This document shows, in pieces, positions 52,982 through 61,918 of a stretch of DNA of 64,000 bases. Below the pieces are notes generated by a model, which ran no database searches, was not told the origin of the DNA, and saw only the letters and a program-made list of their open reading frames with translations. How positions within the stretch are numbered: the first letter of the stretch is position 1; every line of letters begins with the position of its first letter. The DNA lies in NCBI GenBank assembly GCA_003223295.1, contig QHYM01000103.1:6581-70580 (forward strand). Reading direction: 5' to 3'. A program made the translations under genes and the position numbers. The DNA is from Acidobacteriota bacterium. GTDB taxonomy: Bacteria > Acidobacteriota > Terriglobia > Acidiferrales > UBA7541.

Positions 52982-53404
52982 CTAAGCAAGCTGCGCAGTA
53001 CAGTGGCCGCAGCGCTTTGCCGCCATGGGAATGGTCATCGCGCATTGCGGGCACTCCTTCGTGGTTGGCGCTGGTTTCTTGGTCCAGCGATTCACCTGCT
53101 GCACCACAAGGAACACGCAGAACGCCACGATAAGGAAATTAATGAGGGCATTCAGGAAGAGACCATAATTGAGTGTGGGCGCGCCCGCGGCCTTCGCTGC
53201 TGCCAACGTCTCATAGGATTTTTCGCCCAGGTTGATAAACAGGCCGGAAAAATCGACGTGTCCTAGCAGGCGCCCGATCGGTGGCATCATCACGTCTTCC
53301 ACCAGCGAGGAAACCATTTTGCCGAACGCCGCGCCGATGATTACTCCGACCGCCAGGTCCACCACACTGCCACGCATGGCAAATTCTTTGAATTCCTTCA
53401 GCAC
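52982..53404 (-). CDS. mscL: large-conductance mechanosensitive channel MscL with a C-terminal CxxC...CxxC tail
   Basis: [44 protein letters not shown] is a canonical MscL N-terminus. The C-terminus is [24 protein letters not shown]. Confidence 0.9.
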   Translation of the reverse strand: MLKEFKEFAMRGSVVDLAVGVIIGAAFGKMVSSLVEDVMMPPIGRLLGHVDFSGLFINLGEKSYETLAAAKAAGAPTLNYGLFLNALINFLIVAFCVFLVVQQVNRWTKKPAPTTKECPQCAMTIPMAAKRCGHCTAQLA

Positions 53405-53569
53405 GGTCTTTCTCCTTTGCTTCTTTGATGCAGGCGAATGGCGGCCCTGTGCGAGTTCCCCGGTTCTGAGAGGGCCGTCTTTGCGCGGATTATATCCAAC
53501 AAGAGAAGAAAAGCAGAGAAATCGCTATGGGGGGCAGAAGCATGAACGGCCGACGGCGGAAAAAATATT

Positions 53570-53929
53570 TCAGCTTGGCCGGAGGAGAAGAGTTATCGCT
53601 ACGATTCCGCGCAGCACCAGAACTGCGCCTCCTGCCACGAGCATTGGTCCTACCCAGGCAAAGGGGACGCGGGTAATCGCCAGCATCAGGATTCCCAGGA
53701 GCACGAGAGAAAGCCCGCGCGTCCAGTTTTCCCATCGCGCCCACCATTGGCCGGGTTTGTAGAGTGCGCGCAAGCCCCACAAGATGAGCACGACGCTGAG
53801 GACCAGCCACATTCTGCCGTGCCGGTCCACCAGAATACGTCCACGCAAAGCCAGCCATGCGATCAGCGTGCCGAGCAGGACGAAAATCAGTTCGACCGTG
53901 GCGCGCAACATCCGCTCTGGCGTGAGCAT
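53570..53929 (-). CDS. small 4-TM membrane protein, unknown function
   Basis: 119 aa, strongly hydrophobic, no family recognised. Confidence 0.5.
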   Translation of the reverse strand: MLTPERMLRATVELIFVLLGTLIAWLALRGRILVDRHGRMWLVLSVVLILWGLRALYKPGQWWARWENWTRGLSLVLLGILMLAITRVPFAWVGPMLVAGGAVLVLRGIVAITLLLRPS

Positions 53930-53949
53930 AGCCTGGCCTTCGCTTTCGC

Positions 53950-54477
53950 TCAGGCGATGCGTTCGATCCGCAGCTTGTTGAGGGTGACGGGGGTGCGTGG
54001 TCTATCGCTCGAGTCGCGTGGCACATTTGAGATTTTGTTGGCCACGTCCTGCCCCTCCACAACTTCGCCAAAAATCGTGTGCCGGTTGTCCAGCCAGGGG
54101 GTTGCCGCCACGGTGATGAAAAACTGGCTGCCGTTTGTGTTCGGGCCTGCGTTGGCCATCGAGAGAAATCCCGCTTTCGAGTGGTTCAGCGAAGGATGAA
54201 ACTCATCGGCAAACTTGTAGCCCGGGCCGCCCATCCCGCTGCCGTGGGGACAGCCGCCCTGGATCATGAATTGCGGGATCACGCGGTGAAAAATCAGCCC
54301 GTCGTAGAACGGACGTTTTTCCTTTTGACCGGTTTTTTCGTTGGTGAATTCCTTCGTGCCTTCGGCCAGCCCGACAAAATTGGCCACCGTCTTGGGCGCT
54401 TCTTTTTCGAGCAGCCGCACCACAATGTTTCCCTGCAAAGTTTCAAAAATGGCGTACGTTCCTGCCGGTCGGCTCAT
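53950..54477 (-). CDS. ppiB: peptidyl-prolyl cis-trans isomerase, cyclophilin type
   Basis: FYDGLIFHRVIPQFMIQGGCP...GGPGYKFADEF...GFLSMANAGPNTNGSQFFIT...LDNRHTIFGEV. Confidence 0.93.
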   Translation of the reverse strand: MSRPAGTYAIFETLQGNIVVRLLEKEAPKTVANFVGLAEGTKEFTNEKTGQKEKRPFYDGLIFHRVIPQFMIQGGCPHGSGMGGPGYKFADEFHPSLNHSKAGFLSMANAGPNTNGSQFFITVAATPWLDNRHTIFGEVVEGQDVANKISNVPRDSSDRPRTPVTLNKLRIERIA

Positions 54478-54633
54478 GCGTTCTCCGTTTCCCTAGTCAA
54501 ATGATGGTGCGCCGAATCATCCTACACGAGCCAGACTGTGCCCCGCCACTCCGCGCTCCCGACGAATCGCAACGTGGCAAAATAGGGATGAGTTGCCTGC
54601 GCGAGGGTCGTTACGCCATTCAGGCGGTTGCTC

Positions 54634-55155
54634 TTACCAGCCCTTTTGCTTGCGCAGCTCCGTGATGTGTGCGGTGTGGTGTTTTCCGTGCCATTCGTAG
54701 AGGAAAAGCAGCCAGTCGACAGTTCGCTCGCCGTTCTCCGGGTGAATCAGCGGCCTCGCGAACTGCTCCGGTTTCAGCGATCGCCAGATCCTGTCCCAGC
54801 GGTCGTGCACGGTGGTCAAAAGCGTAAGCGACACCTCGATCGGCGTTGACTTCGAATCCGCCAGTCTAGACCAAGCGTCTTCGTCGTAGGGTTTGATCGT
54901 TGGTTTTTCTTCTGTGAGAGCCAGCTTCAAGCGCACGTAGGCGTTCAAGTGGCTGTCCGGGACATGATGCACCACTTGCCGGACCGTCCAGCCTCCTGCG
55001 CGATAAGGAGTATCGAGCTGCTGCTCGCTCAGGCCCTTCACCGCGGCGCGCATCTTGGCGGGCAACGACGCAATCTCGTCCATGGCTTGCTGCCGCCGCC
55101 CCTGCGTAACCTGGGCGGGCATTTCAAAATTTCCAATTGGATAGCGCGGGTCCAT
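54634..55155 (-). CDS. DinB/YfiT-family metal-dependent protein (bacillithiol-transferase-like)
   Basis: YPIGNFEMP...LDTPYRAGGWTVRQVVHHVPDSHLNAYVRLKLALTEEKPTIKPYDEDAW...WHGKHHTAHITEL, colinear with B. subtilis YfiT as I recall it. ATG at 55155 follows GAGGAG. The ORF-track start is 55206. Confidence 0.85.
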   Translation of the reverse strand: MDPRYPIGNFEMPAQVTQGRRQQAMDEIASLPAKMRAAVKGLSEQQLDTPYRAGGWTVRQVVHHVPDSHLNAYVRLKLALTEEKPTIKPYDEDAWSRLADSKSTPIEVSLTLLTTVHDRWDRIWRSLKPEQFARPLIHPENGERTVDWLLFLYEWHGKHHTAHITELRKQKGW

Positions 55156-55345
55156 CGTGATCATCTCCTCGGGCAACCACGTTTCCTGCAATATACGCAC
55201 GCGCATTCCTAAGCGTCAACGTGGTTTCAATAAGAACGCTCTCCAATTTGGCTGCTGCGCGGATTCCGAAATGCCTAGGGGGGAATGCTACAATACCGCC
55301 CGTTGTATCCGGCGGGCGCAGTGCTGAATCTAATGGTTGGAGAAA

Positions 55346-56272
55346 ATGGGAATGCACAACGTCGTTATCATCGGCAGCGGCTGCGCTGGTCTCACCGCCG
55401 CGATCTATGCTGCGCGCGCGAACCTCAAGCCGCTCGTCCTCGATGGGCATGAGCCCGGCGGCCAGCTCTCTCTCACCACGCACGTTGAGAATTTCCCCGG
55501 TTTTCCCGACGGTATCCTGGGACCGGAGCTCATCGAAAACATGCGCAAGCAAGCGCAGAAATTTGGCGCGGAATTCAAGGCTGGAGCAGTCACCGAAGTC
55601 GACCTTCACAAGCGCCCTTTCAAGATCACAGCGGGGAAACATACTTACGAAGCAGAGGCATTGATCGTCGCCGCCGGAGCCTCGGCACGTCTGCTCGGCC
55701 TCAAGGGGGAGCGCGAGCTGATTGGCCACGGCGTTTCCACCTGCGCCACCTGCGACGGTTATTTCTTCCGCGGCAAGCCTATCGCGGTCGTGGGCGGCGG
55801 TGATTCCGCGATGGAAGAGGCCAACTTTCTTTCGCGTTACGCCAGCAGGGTTTATTTGCTTCACCGCCGGAAGGAGTTTCGTGCCTCAAAAATCATGATC
55901 GATCGCGCAAGGAAAAACGAGAAGATTGAATTTATCATCCCGGCCGTTGTCGAAGAGATTCTTGCCCCCAACGGCCTCGTGGAAGGCGTGCGCCTGCGCA
56001 GCACGGAATCGAAGGACACCCGGGAGCTCCCTCTGGATGGCGTTTTTGTGGCTATCGGCCACGAACCGAACACCACGGTGTTCAAAGGAAAGCTGGAAAT
56101 GGATTCGAACGGCTACCTCGTCGCCAAGCATGGCAGCCTCACTTCCATTCCCGGCGTGTTTGTCGCCGGAGACGTGCAGGATCATCGCTATCGCCAAGCG
56201 GTCACCGCTGCGGGATCGGGCTGCATGGCCGCGATTGACGCCGAAAAGTTCCTGGAAGAGCACAAACACTAG
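55346..56272 (+). CDS. trxB: thioredoxin-disulfide reductase
   Basis: [22 protein letters not shown], redox-active CATCDG, NADPH motif [13 protein letters not shown]-terminal GVFVAGDV. Confidence 0.95.
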   Translation: MGMHNVVIIGSGCAGLTAAIYAARANLKPLVLDGHEPGGQLSLTTHVENFPGFPDGILGPELIENMRKQAQKFGAEFKAGAVTEVDLHKRPFKITAGKHTYEAEALIVAAGASARLLGLKGERELIGHGVSTCATCDGYFFRGKPIAVVGGGDSAMEEANFLSRYASRVYLLHRRKEFRASKIMIDRARKNEKIEFIIPAVVEEILAPNGLVEGVRLRSTESKDTRELPLDGVFVAIGHEPNTTVFKGKLEMDSNGYLVAKHGSLTSIPGVFVAGDVQDHRYRQAVTAAGSGCMAAIDAEKFLEEHKH

Positions 56273-56397
56273 AGCCGCTCAGACTTACCGAGAGAAATCA
56301 GGCAATACGATGCGGTGGCTGGATCCCTTTTGGTCTACGCAACAACAGTCGGACCGGTACTAGTTTCGTTTCTCCCAGGCTGCGATACTTAACCCGC

Positions 56398-57309
56398 ATG
56401 CTTCGGTCCACACTTCTGATGCTTTCCGAAAACAAGAAATTCGGCAGCTGGGTCATTTCCAATGGCACCACGCGCCGCATGGCGCGCCGCTTCGTTGCTG
56501 GCGAAACGCTGGAGGAAGCCATCGCCGCGGCCCGCCGCTGCCATGAAGTGGGCATGATGGCCAGCCTGGATTATCTGGGCGAAAATGTCGCCAACACTTC
56601 GGATGCGCAACGTTCACGCGACGCATATCTCGAAATCTTTGAGGCGATCGCCCAGGAAAAGCTCCAGGCCAACGTTTCCTGCAAGCTCACGCAGCTCGGG
56701 CTGGACATCAACAGCGAATTTTGCGCCGGCCTGGTGCTCTCTATCGTAGAGCGCGCGGCCAACTTCGATAATTTTCTCCGTATTGATATGGAAGGTTCCG
56801 CCTACACGCAGCGCACCATCGACCTCGTCAAGCGCGTTCGCGCGCGCAATCCGGCTGTCGGCACCGTGATCCAGTCTTATCTCTATCGCAGCGAGAAGGA
56901 CGTCGCGGATCTTTTGGCATGCGGCTGCCGCATCCGTTTGTGCAAGGGCGCTTACAAAGAGCCGGAAGATGTCGCGTTTCCGAGGAAAGCCGATGTCGAT
57001 GCCAATTACGTCCGCCTGATGAAGATTCTGCTTTCCAGTGGCTTCTACCATGCGATTGCCACGCACGATCCGCAGTTGATTGCGGCCACGATTCGCCATG
57101 CCGCCGAGAAGGGAAACTCCAAAGACGATTTCGAGTTTCAGATGCTTTATGGTGTGCGCACCGATCTGCAGCGCCGGCTGGTGAAGGATGGCTACCGAGT
57201 GCGCATTTACATCCCGTTTGGCAACGACTGGTTCCCCTATTTCATGCGCCGCCTGGCCGAACGCCCCGCTAACGTCGGCTTCCTCCTCCGCAATTTCCTT
57301 CGATCGTAG
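56398..57309 (+). CDS. proline dehydrogenase (monofunctional)
   Basis: 303 aa. FVAGETLEEAI...SLDYLGENV...IDMEGSAYTQRTID...RLCKGAYKEP...ATHD...FEFQMLYGVR is the PRODH beta8-alpha8 barrel signature. Confidence 0.9.
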   Translation: MLRSTLLMLSENKKFGSWVISNGTTRRMARRFVAGETLEEAIAAARRCHEVGMMASLDYLGENVANTSDAQRSRDAYLEIFEAIAQEKLQANVSCKLTQLGLDINSEFCAGLVLSIVERAANFDNFLRIDMEGSAYTQRTIDLVKRVRARNPAVGTVIQSYLYRSEKDVADLLACGCRIRLCKGAYKEPEDVAFPRKADVDANYVRLMKILLSSGFYHAIATHDPQLIAATIRHAAEKGNSKDDFEFQMLYGVRTDLQRRLVKDGYRVRIYIPFGNDWFPYFMRRLAERPANVGFLLRNFLRS

Positions 57310-57324
57310 TTGTCTCTATCTAAG

Positions 57325-57981
57325 TTACAGTTTGCGACAGACGGTCACCCCATCGCGCAGCGGAATCAGCACCGGATAAAGCTCTTTCGACGCATACACC
57401 AGCCGGTTGAATTCCTGCACTCCCTTGGTGTCCTTGTCGTCCTCCGCCGCGGGCCGCGCAGCTTTGCCCGACCAAAGCGTATTGTCCGCAATCACCAAGC
57501 CCCCTCGGCACAGCTTTGGCAGCGCCGCCTGTAGCGCTGCAGGGTATTGGTGCTTGTCGATGTCGATGAAAATCATGTCGAATTTGCCGGGCGTCTTCTT
57601 CACCAGCGCCAGTGCGTCCCCTACGTTGACTTCAATTCGCTTGGCCACGCCCGCCATGCGAAAGTACACTTGCGCTCTCTTCGCCTTTTCGGGATCTCCG
57701 TCCGTGTAAAAAACCTTTCTCTGCGTTCCTGCCGCGCGCGCCAGCCACACCGTCGAGTATCCGATCGCCGACCCCATCTCGAAGATTCGCTTTGCGCCCG
57801 AAACCTGCACGAGCAGTGCCAGCAGGCGCGCCACTGCCGGCCCAATGATGGGGACGCGATGTTCCTGGGCATAGGCCTCCATTTCGGACACCACCGCGTC
57901 GCGCTCCGGCAGCAGCTTGTAAAGATATTCCTCGACATCGTCGTGGATGTACCCGCTGCGCAGATTTTCGCTGCGAATCAT
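57325..57981 (-). CDS. class I SAM-dependent O-methyltransferase (family 3, caffeoyl-CoA OMT-like)
   Basis: AKRIFEMGSAIGYSTVWLA ... FDMIFIDIDKHQYP ... LCRGGLVIADNTLWSG. Confidence 0.85.
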   Translation of the reverse strand: MIRSENLRSGYIHDDVEEYLYKLLPERDAVVSEMEAYAQEHRVPIIGPAVARLLALLVQVSGAKRIFEMGSAIGYSTVWLARAAGTQRKVFYTDGDPEKAKRAQVYFRMAGVAKRIEVNVGDALALVKKTPGKFDMIFIDIDKHQYPAALQAALPKLCRGGLVIADNTLWSGKAARPAAEDDKDTKGVQEFNRLVYASKELYPVLIPLRDGVTVCRKL

Positions 57982-58691
57982 AGTTTGTCCCCCGGTTTCA
58001 ACGCGTGAATCTTCAGCCCTTTGGTCTTCCTCGTTTCCTTTCGCAGCTCTTCTACGGTTCCCGTCAAAAAAGCAAATGTCGCGTAATGCATGGGAATGAC
58101 GTGTTTCACTCCCAGCAGCCGGATTGCATATGCGGCCTCCCTTGGCCCCATGGTGAAGCGGTCACCGATGGGCAGCATCGCCAGGTCCGGTTTGTACAGT
58201 TCTCCGATTAATTTCATGTCGCCGAAGAGCGCCGTGTCTCCTGCGTGATACACCGTGAATCCGCCCGGCATGCGGATGACATAACCTGCGGGCTCTCCGC
58301 CATAGTGGCGCACGCCATTGTCATCGATCGAATTCGAATGAAACGCGTGTGTCATAGTAATCTCAAAGTCGCCGATTTTCTGCGACCCGCCCTTTCCCAT
58401 CGGGCAGGTTTCCTCCGTGAATCCCTTGCTCTCGATCCACAGGCAGGTCTCGAACATCGCTGCAATTTTGGGCCGATGCTGCTTGGCCAGCGCGAGCAAG
58501 TCGCCCAGGTGGTCCGTATGCGCGTGGGTCAGGAAGATCGCATCCAGCCGCTGCACACTTCTTAGCTCCTCTGGACACCACGGATTCGTCATCGTCCAAG
58601 GATCGATCAACGCCACCTGCCCCGATGGCGTCGTCAACGAAAACGTGCTGTGGCCAAGATACGTGATTCGATTGCCTTTGGTATTGAGCAC
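57978..58691 (-). CDS. metallo-beta-lactamase-fold hydrolase (UPF0173-like)
   Basis: ITYLGHSTF...IDPW...DAIFLTHAHTDHLGD...YHAGDT. 4-nt overlap with the downstream OMT gene. Confidence 0.85.
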   Translation of the reverse strand: MLNTKGNRITYLGHSTFSLTTPSGQVALIDPWTMTNPWCPEELRSVQRLDAIFLTHAHTDHLGDLLALAKQHRPKIAAMFETCLWIESKGFTEETCPMGKGGSQKIGDFEITMTHAFHSNSIDDNGVRHYGGEPAGYVIRMPGGFTVYHAGDTALFGDMKLIGELYKPDLAMLPIGDRFTMGPREAAYAIRLLGVKHVIPMHYATFAFLTGTVEELRKETRKTKGLKIHALKPGDKL

Positions 58692-58747
58692 GGGTACCTC
58701 CGAAGGAAGTTCAACAAGGAGAATTTAGACGGCGCTTCCCGTCGGCA

Positions 58748-59284
58748 CTAGTTGGGGCCAGAGTTGAGCAGCGAGCAAATCGCCCCTTCATACGTTTCGC
58801 GATTGCGCTCGCCGATAAAGTTTCCCACCTGCTTTCCGTCTTTCGAATAGAAAAACGAAGCTGGCAGCGAACCATTCCACCCCGGCAGCACCACCTGGCG
58901 AAACGGTTCCTCCTCGCCCGGTTTCCTGCGGTAGTTGGGAAAAATCGGTTTGTACCGTGCCATAAAGCGCCGCATCAGGATCAAATCCCCGTCATCATCC
59001 AGGTTCACGCCCACGACCTTCAATCCTTGCGGCGCATACTGCTTTGCCAGTTCGTTCAGCATGGGATATTCGTCGCGGCAAGGCTCGCACCACGTCGCCC
59101 AAAACGTCACCACCAGCGGTTTCCCGCGATATTGCTGCACCAGTTTCTGGTATCCCCGCGCGTCGATCAGCGCAGGATCGCGCGGTGCCACGGTTTTTGG
59201 TGCTTGTGGACTTTGTGGCGCGGCAAGTGCACTCGCGCCCGCCAGAAAGCACAACAGTACAAACCCGCTTCGCATTCCTATCAT
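58748..59284 (-). CDS. TlpA-like thioredoxin-fold thiol:disulfide oxidoreductase, exported
   Basis: Signal peptide MIGMRSGFVLLCFLAGASALAAP and active site WATWCEPCRDEYP. The ORF-track start (59593) would overlap the ferredoxin gene, so I chose the internal ATG at 59284, which follows GGTGAGGGG. Confidence 0.8.
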   Translation of the reverse strand: MIGMRSGFVLLCFLAGASALAAPQSPQAPKTVAPRDPALIDARGYQKLVQQYRGKPLVVTFWATWCEPCRDEYPMLNELAKQYAPQGLKVVGVNLDDDGDLILMRRFMARYKPIFPNYRRKPGEEEPFRQVVLPGWNGSLPASFFYSKDGKQVGNFIGERNRETYEGAICSLLNSGPN

Positions 59285-59461
59285 CGTTCCCCTCACCTTC
59301 ATTCTATCCATTGCCCTGCCGGTTGAGAAACTCAATCCCCCCGCGTACAATGACGTTAGCCGCTTGTCGCTGCAAGCAGCCTCATGATATAAGGACTTTT
59401 TTGCCGGTCGTGCCGATTTCACAGAAAGCCCCGGCCTGAAGTTTGAAAAAGGAGACCTCGA

Positions 59462-59731
59462 ATGGCTTACGTGATCGCCGAGCCCTGCATCGGCACAAAA
59501 GACACCGCCTGCGTGGACGTTTGCCCGGTGGACTGCATTCATCCGCGCAAGGATGAGCCGGAATTCGCCGCCGAAACACAGCTTTACATCCATCCCACGG
59601 AATGCATCGATTGTGGCGCATGCGTCCCGGTTTGCCCGGTGACTGCCATCTTCGCGCTCGAAGATTTGCCCGAGAAATGGGCCAGTTTCACGCCTGTTAA
59701 CTCCGATTGGTATGCCAAGAGGGGGAAGTAA
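59462..59731 (+). CDS. fdxA: ferredoxin (7Fe/2x[4Fe-4S]-type)
   Basis: MAYVIAEPCIGTKDTACVDVCPVDCIHP ... CIDCGACVPVCPVTAIF. Confidence 0.9.
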   Translation: MAYVIAEPCIGTKDTACVDVCPVDCIHPRKDEPEFAAETQLYIHPTECIDCGACVPVCPVTAIFALEDLPEKWASFTPVNSDWYAKRGK

Positions 59732-59770
59732 GGCGATCCTCTAGGCGCGGCCCACTGGCTGAGAATTTCA

Positions 59771-59801
59771 GGCGGCACGTTTTGGCGTGCCGCCTTTTTG
59801 T
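59771..59801 (+). terminator. rho-independent terminator after the ferredoxin gene
   Basis: GGCGGCACG-ttttgg-CGTGCCGCC followed by TTTTTGT. Confidence 0.8.
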
Positions 59802-60001
59802 CGTGTGACGGCTCTCGTTTCGTCAGGGCCCAGCTTTCAGCCGTGCCGAACAGCCCAGATCAACGCGGCTTTAGCCGCTGGGGGCAAGCACTATTAGTTC
59901 TCAACACAAACTCATCGCTGCGCTGCCTTTTTTCTCGCTTGAGAGCGCGGTGCTCGCGCCAACTCTTTTCTTCGCGAAATCATCTATAAGGAAATCTGCC
60001 G

Positions 60002-61789
60002 GTGGGGAGGTTTTGTTTGAAGCCCATTCTGGTTCGTTCGGCACTCACGCTTTTATTCTTGTGCAACGCTTGCTACACCGCCGCCAGCGCTCAGGCGCCC
60101 GCGAATCACAAGCCGCCTCTTCCCGCCTCCGCCACTCTCGAAGGCAATTGGGCTGGCTCCCTCGAGGCCGGCGACGCGGTTTTGCATCTCGTCCTCCATG
60201 TTTTGAAAGCGCAAGACGGCGCGTTCAAAGCCACAATTGACAGCCTCGATCAGGGCGTTTACGGCATCGAGGTAACCGCCTTCACACAAAACGGCTCCGA
60301 TCTCCGGTTCAGCGTTTCTTCCGTCGGCGCTCTATACGAAGGAACAATTTCCGCTGACCACTCCGGAATTCAAGGTGTTTGGTCGCAGGGCAACGTCGGT
60401 CTCCCGCTTTCCTTTCATCGCCAGGCTGCCGGCGCTGGCGCGAAGAAGCCGGGCGATGCCATCGCCAGTGTGGAAGGCGTGTGGCAAGGCGCCCTGGAAG
60501 CCAACGGCCTGCGTTTGCGTTTTCAGATCCACGTCACGCACGATGACCAAAAGCAACTCGTCGCGGCGCTGGACAGTCCCGATCAGGGCATCGGCGGCCT
60601 TCCGGCCGTCAAGGTCAGCCAGAAACTAGCCGTCTTCCATTTTGAAATTCCTGTCGTGCAGGGAGTCTACGAAGGCACATTGAACGCCGCAAAATCCGCC
60701 ATCACCGGAACCTGGACCCAGGGAGGCATCACGCGCAACCTGAACTTTCAGCGCTCGGACCAATTGCTCGAGCTCGTGCGTCCGCAAAACCCTGCGAAGC
60801 CTTATCCGTACCGAGAAGAAGCAGTGACTTTCGCGAATTCGAAAGCACAACTTTCGCTCGCCGGTGCCCTCACGCTTCCGCCCGGACAGGGCCCGTTTCC
60901 CGCAGCCATTCTTATCGCTGGTTCAGGACCTCAAGATCGCGATGAAAACGTCGCCGGTCATCGCCCCTTTCTCGTGCTTGCCGACCATCTAACGCGCAAA
61001 GGTCTCGCTGTTCTTCGCTACGACAAACGCGGCATCGGCAAGTCCACCGGCAATTACGATCAGGCGACTACCGAAGACTTCGCCAGTGACGCAACCGCGG
61101 CGCTCGCTTACTTGAAGTCCCGGAAGGAAATCGACGCCAGGAAAATCGGCCTCATCGGTCACAGCGAAGGGGGAAGTATTGCCTCCATGGTTGCCTCGCA
61201 CACCTTGGACGTAGCCTGGGTGGTGCTGCTCGCGGCTCCCGGCTTGAAGGGTGAACACATCATGCTGCTGCAGTCTGAGCTGATTCTGAAGGTCGCTGGC
61301 TTTGACGACGAGCGCATCGCTAAAGCGCGCGATTTCAATCTCCAGTCCTATGCTCTGGCGCGCAAGGAAAAGGATCCGGAAGTGATTGAAGCCAAATTGA
61401 CCGATCTCGTCGACTCCACGGGCATGAGCACCACGTTGCCTCCTATGGCGCTCAAGACCCAGGCTCGCGTGATGGCTTCGCCGTGGTTCCGCTTCTTCCT
61501 CGATTACGATCCCGTCCCCGCGCTACAGAAAACGCAATGCCCGGTCCTGGCTCTCAACGGCGACAAGGATTTGCAGATTGCCTCGAAAGAAAATCTCGCG
61601 CAAATCAAGAAAGCCCTTCAGGAAGGCGGCAACAAGGATTTTCAAACCACCGAGCTTCCTGGCCTGAACCATCTCTTTCAGCACGCCCCCACTGGCTCGC
61701 CCACCGAGTACGGCGGCATCGAGGAAACCCTAGCCCCCGAGGCGCTCACCTCCATCTCCGATTGGGTCCTCAAGCACACCGCCCCTTAA
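60002..61789 (+). CDS. exported alpha/beta-fold hydrolase with two tandem N-terminal beta-rich repeats
   Basis: Signal peptide, then two homologous modules of about 95 aa (aa 46-141 and 157-252), then the hydrolase core with nucleophile elbow GHSEGG and C-terminal LNHLFQH. Confidence 0.8.
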   Translation: MGRFCLKPILVRSALTLLFLCNACYTAASAQAPANHKPPLPASATLEGNWAGSLEAGDAVLHLVLHVLKAQDGAFKATIDSLDQGVYGIEVTAFTQNGSDLRFSVSSVGALYEGTISADHSGIQGVWSQGNVGLPLSFHRQAAGAGAKKPGDAIASVEGVWQGALEANGLRLRFQIHVTHDDQKQLVAALDSPDQGIGGLPAVKVSQKLAVFHFEIPVVQGVYEGTLNAAKSAITGTWTQGGITRNLNFQRSDQLLELVRPQNPAKPYPYREEAVTFANSKAQLSLAGALTLPPGQGPFPAAILIAGSGPQDRDENVAGHRPFLVLADHLTRKGLAVLRYDKRGIGKSTGNYDQATTEDFASDATAALAYLKSRKEIDARKIGLIGHSEGGSIASMVASHTLDVAWVVLLAAPGLKGEHIMLLQSELILKVAGFDDERIAKARDFNLQSYALARKEKDPEVIEAKLTDLVDSTGMSTTLPPMALKTQARVMASPWFRFFLDYDPVPALQKTQCPVLALNGDKDLQIASKENLAQIKKALQEGGNKDFQTTELPGLNHLFQHAPTGSPTEYGGIEETLAPEALTSISDWVLKHTAP

Positions 61790-61918
61790 TGAACTGCATT
61801 GCTCCCTGGCGGTCTGGCCCGCCCCCGATCACGTTGCGCATTCACTGCATCCTAACCGTGGTTTGAATTCATAAAATCTCGCGGCTTGTTATCATGGTAC
61901 GGAGAAAAAACTGTCCCC

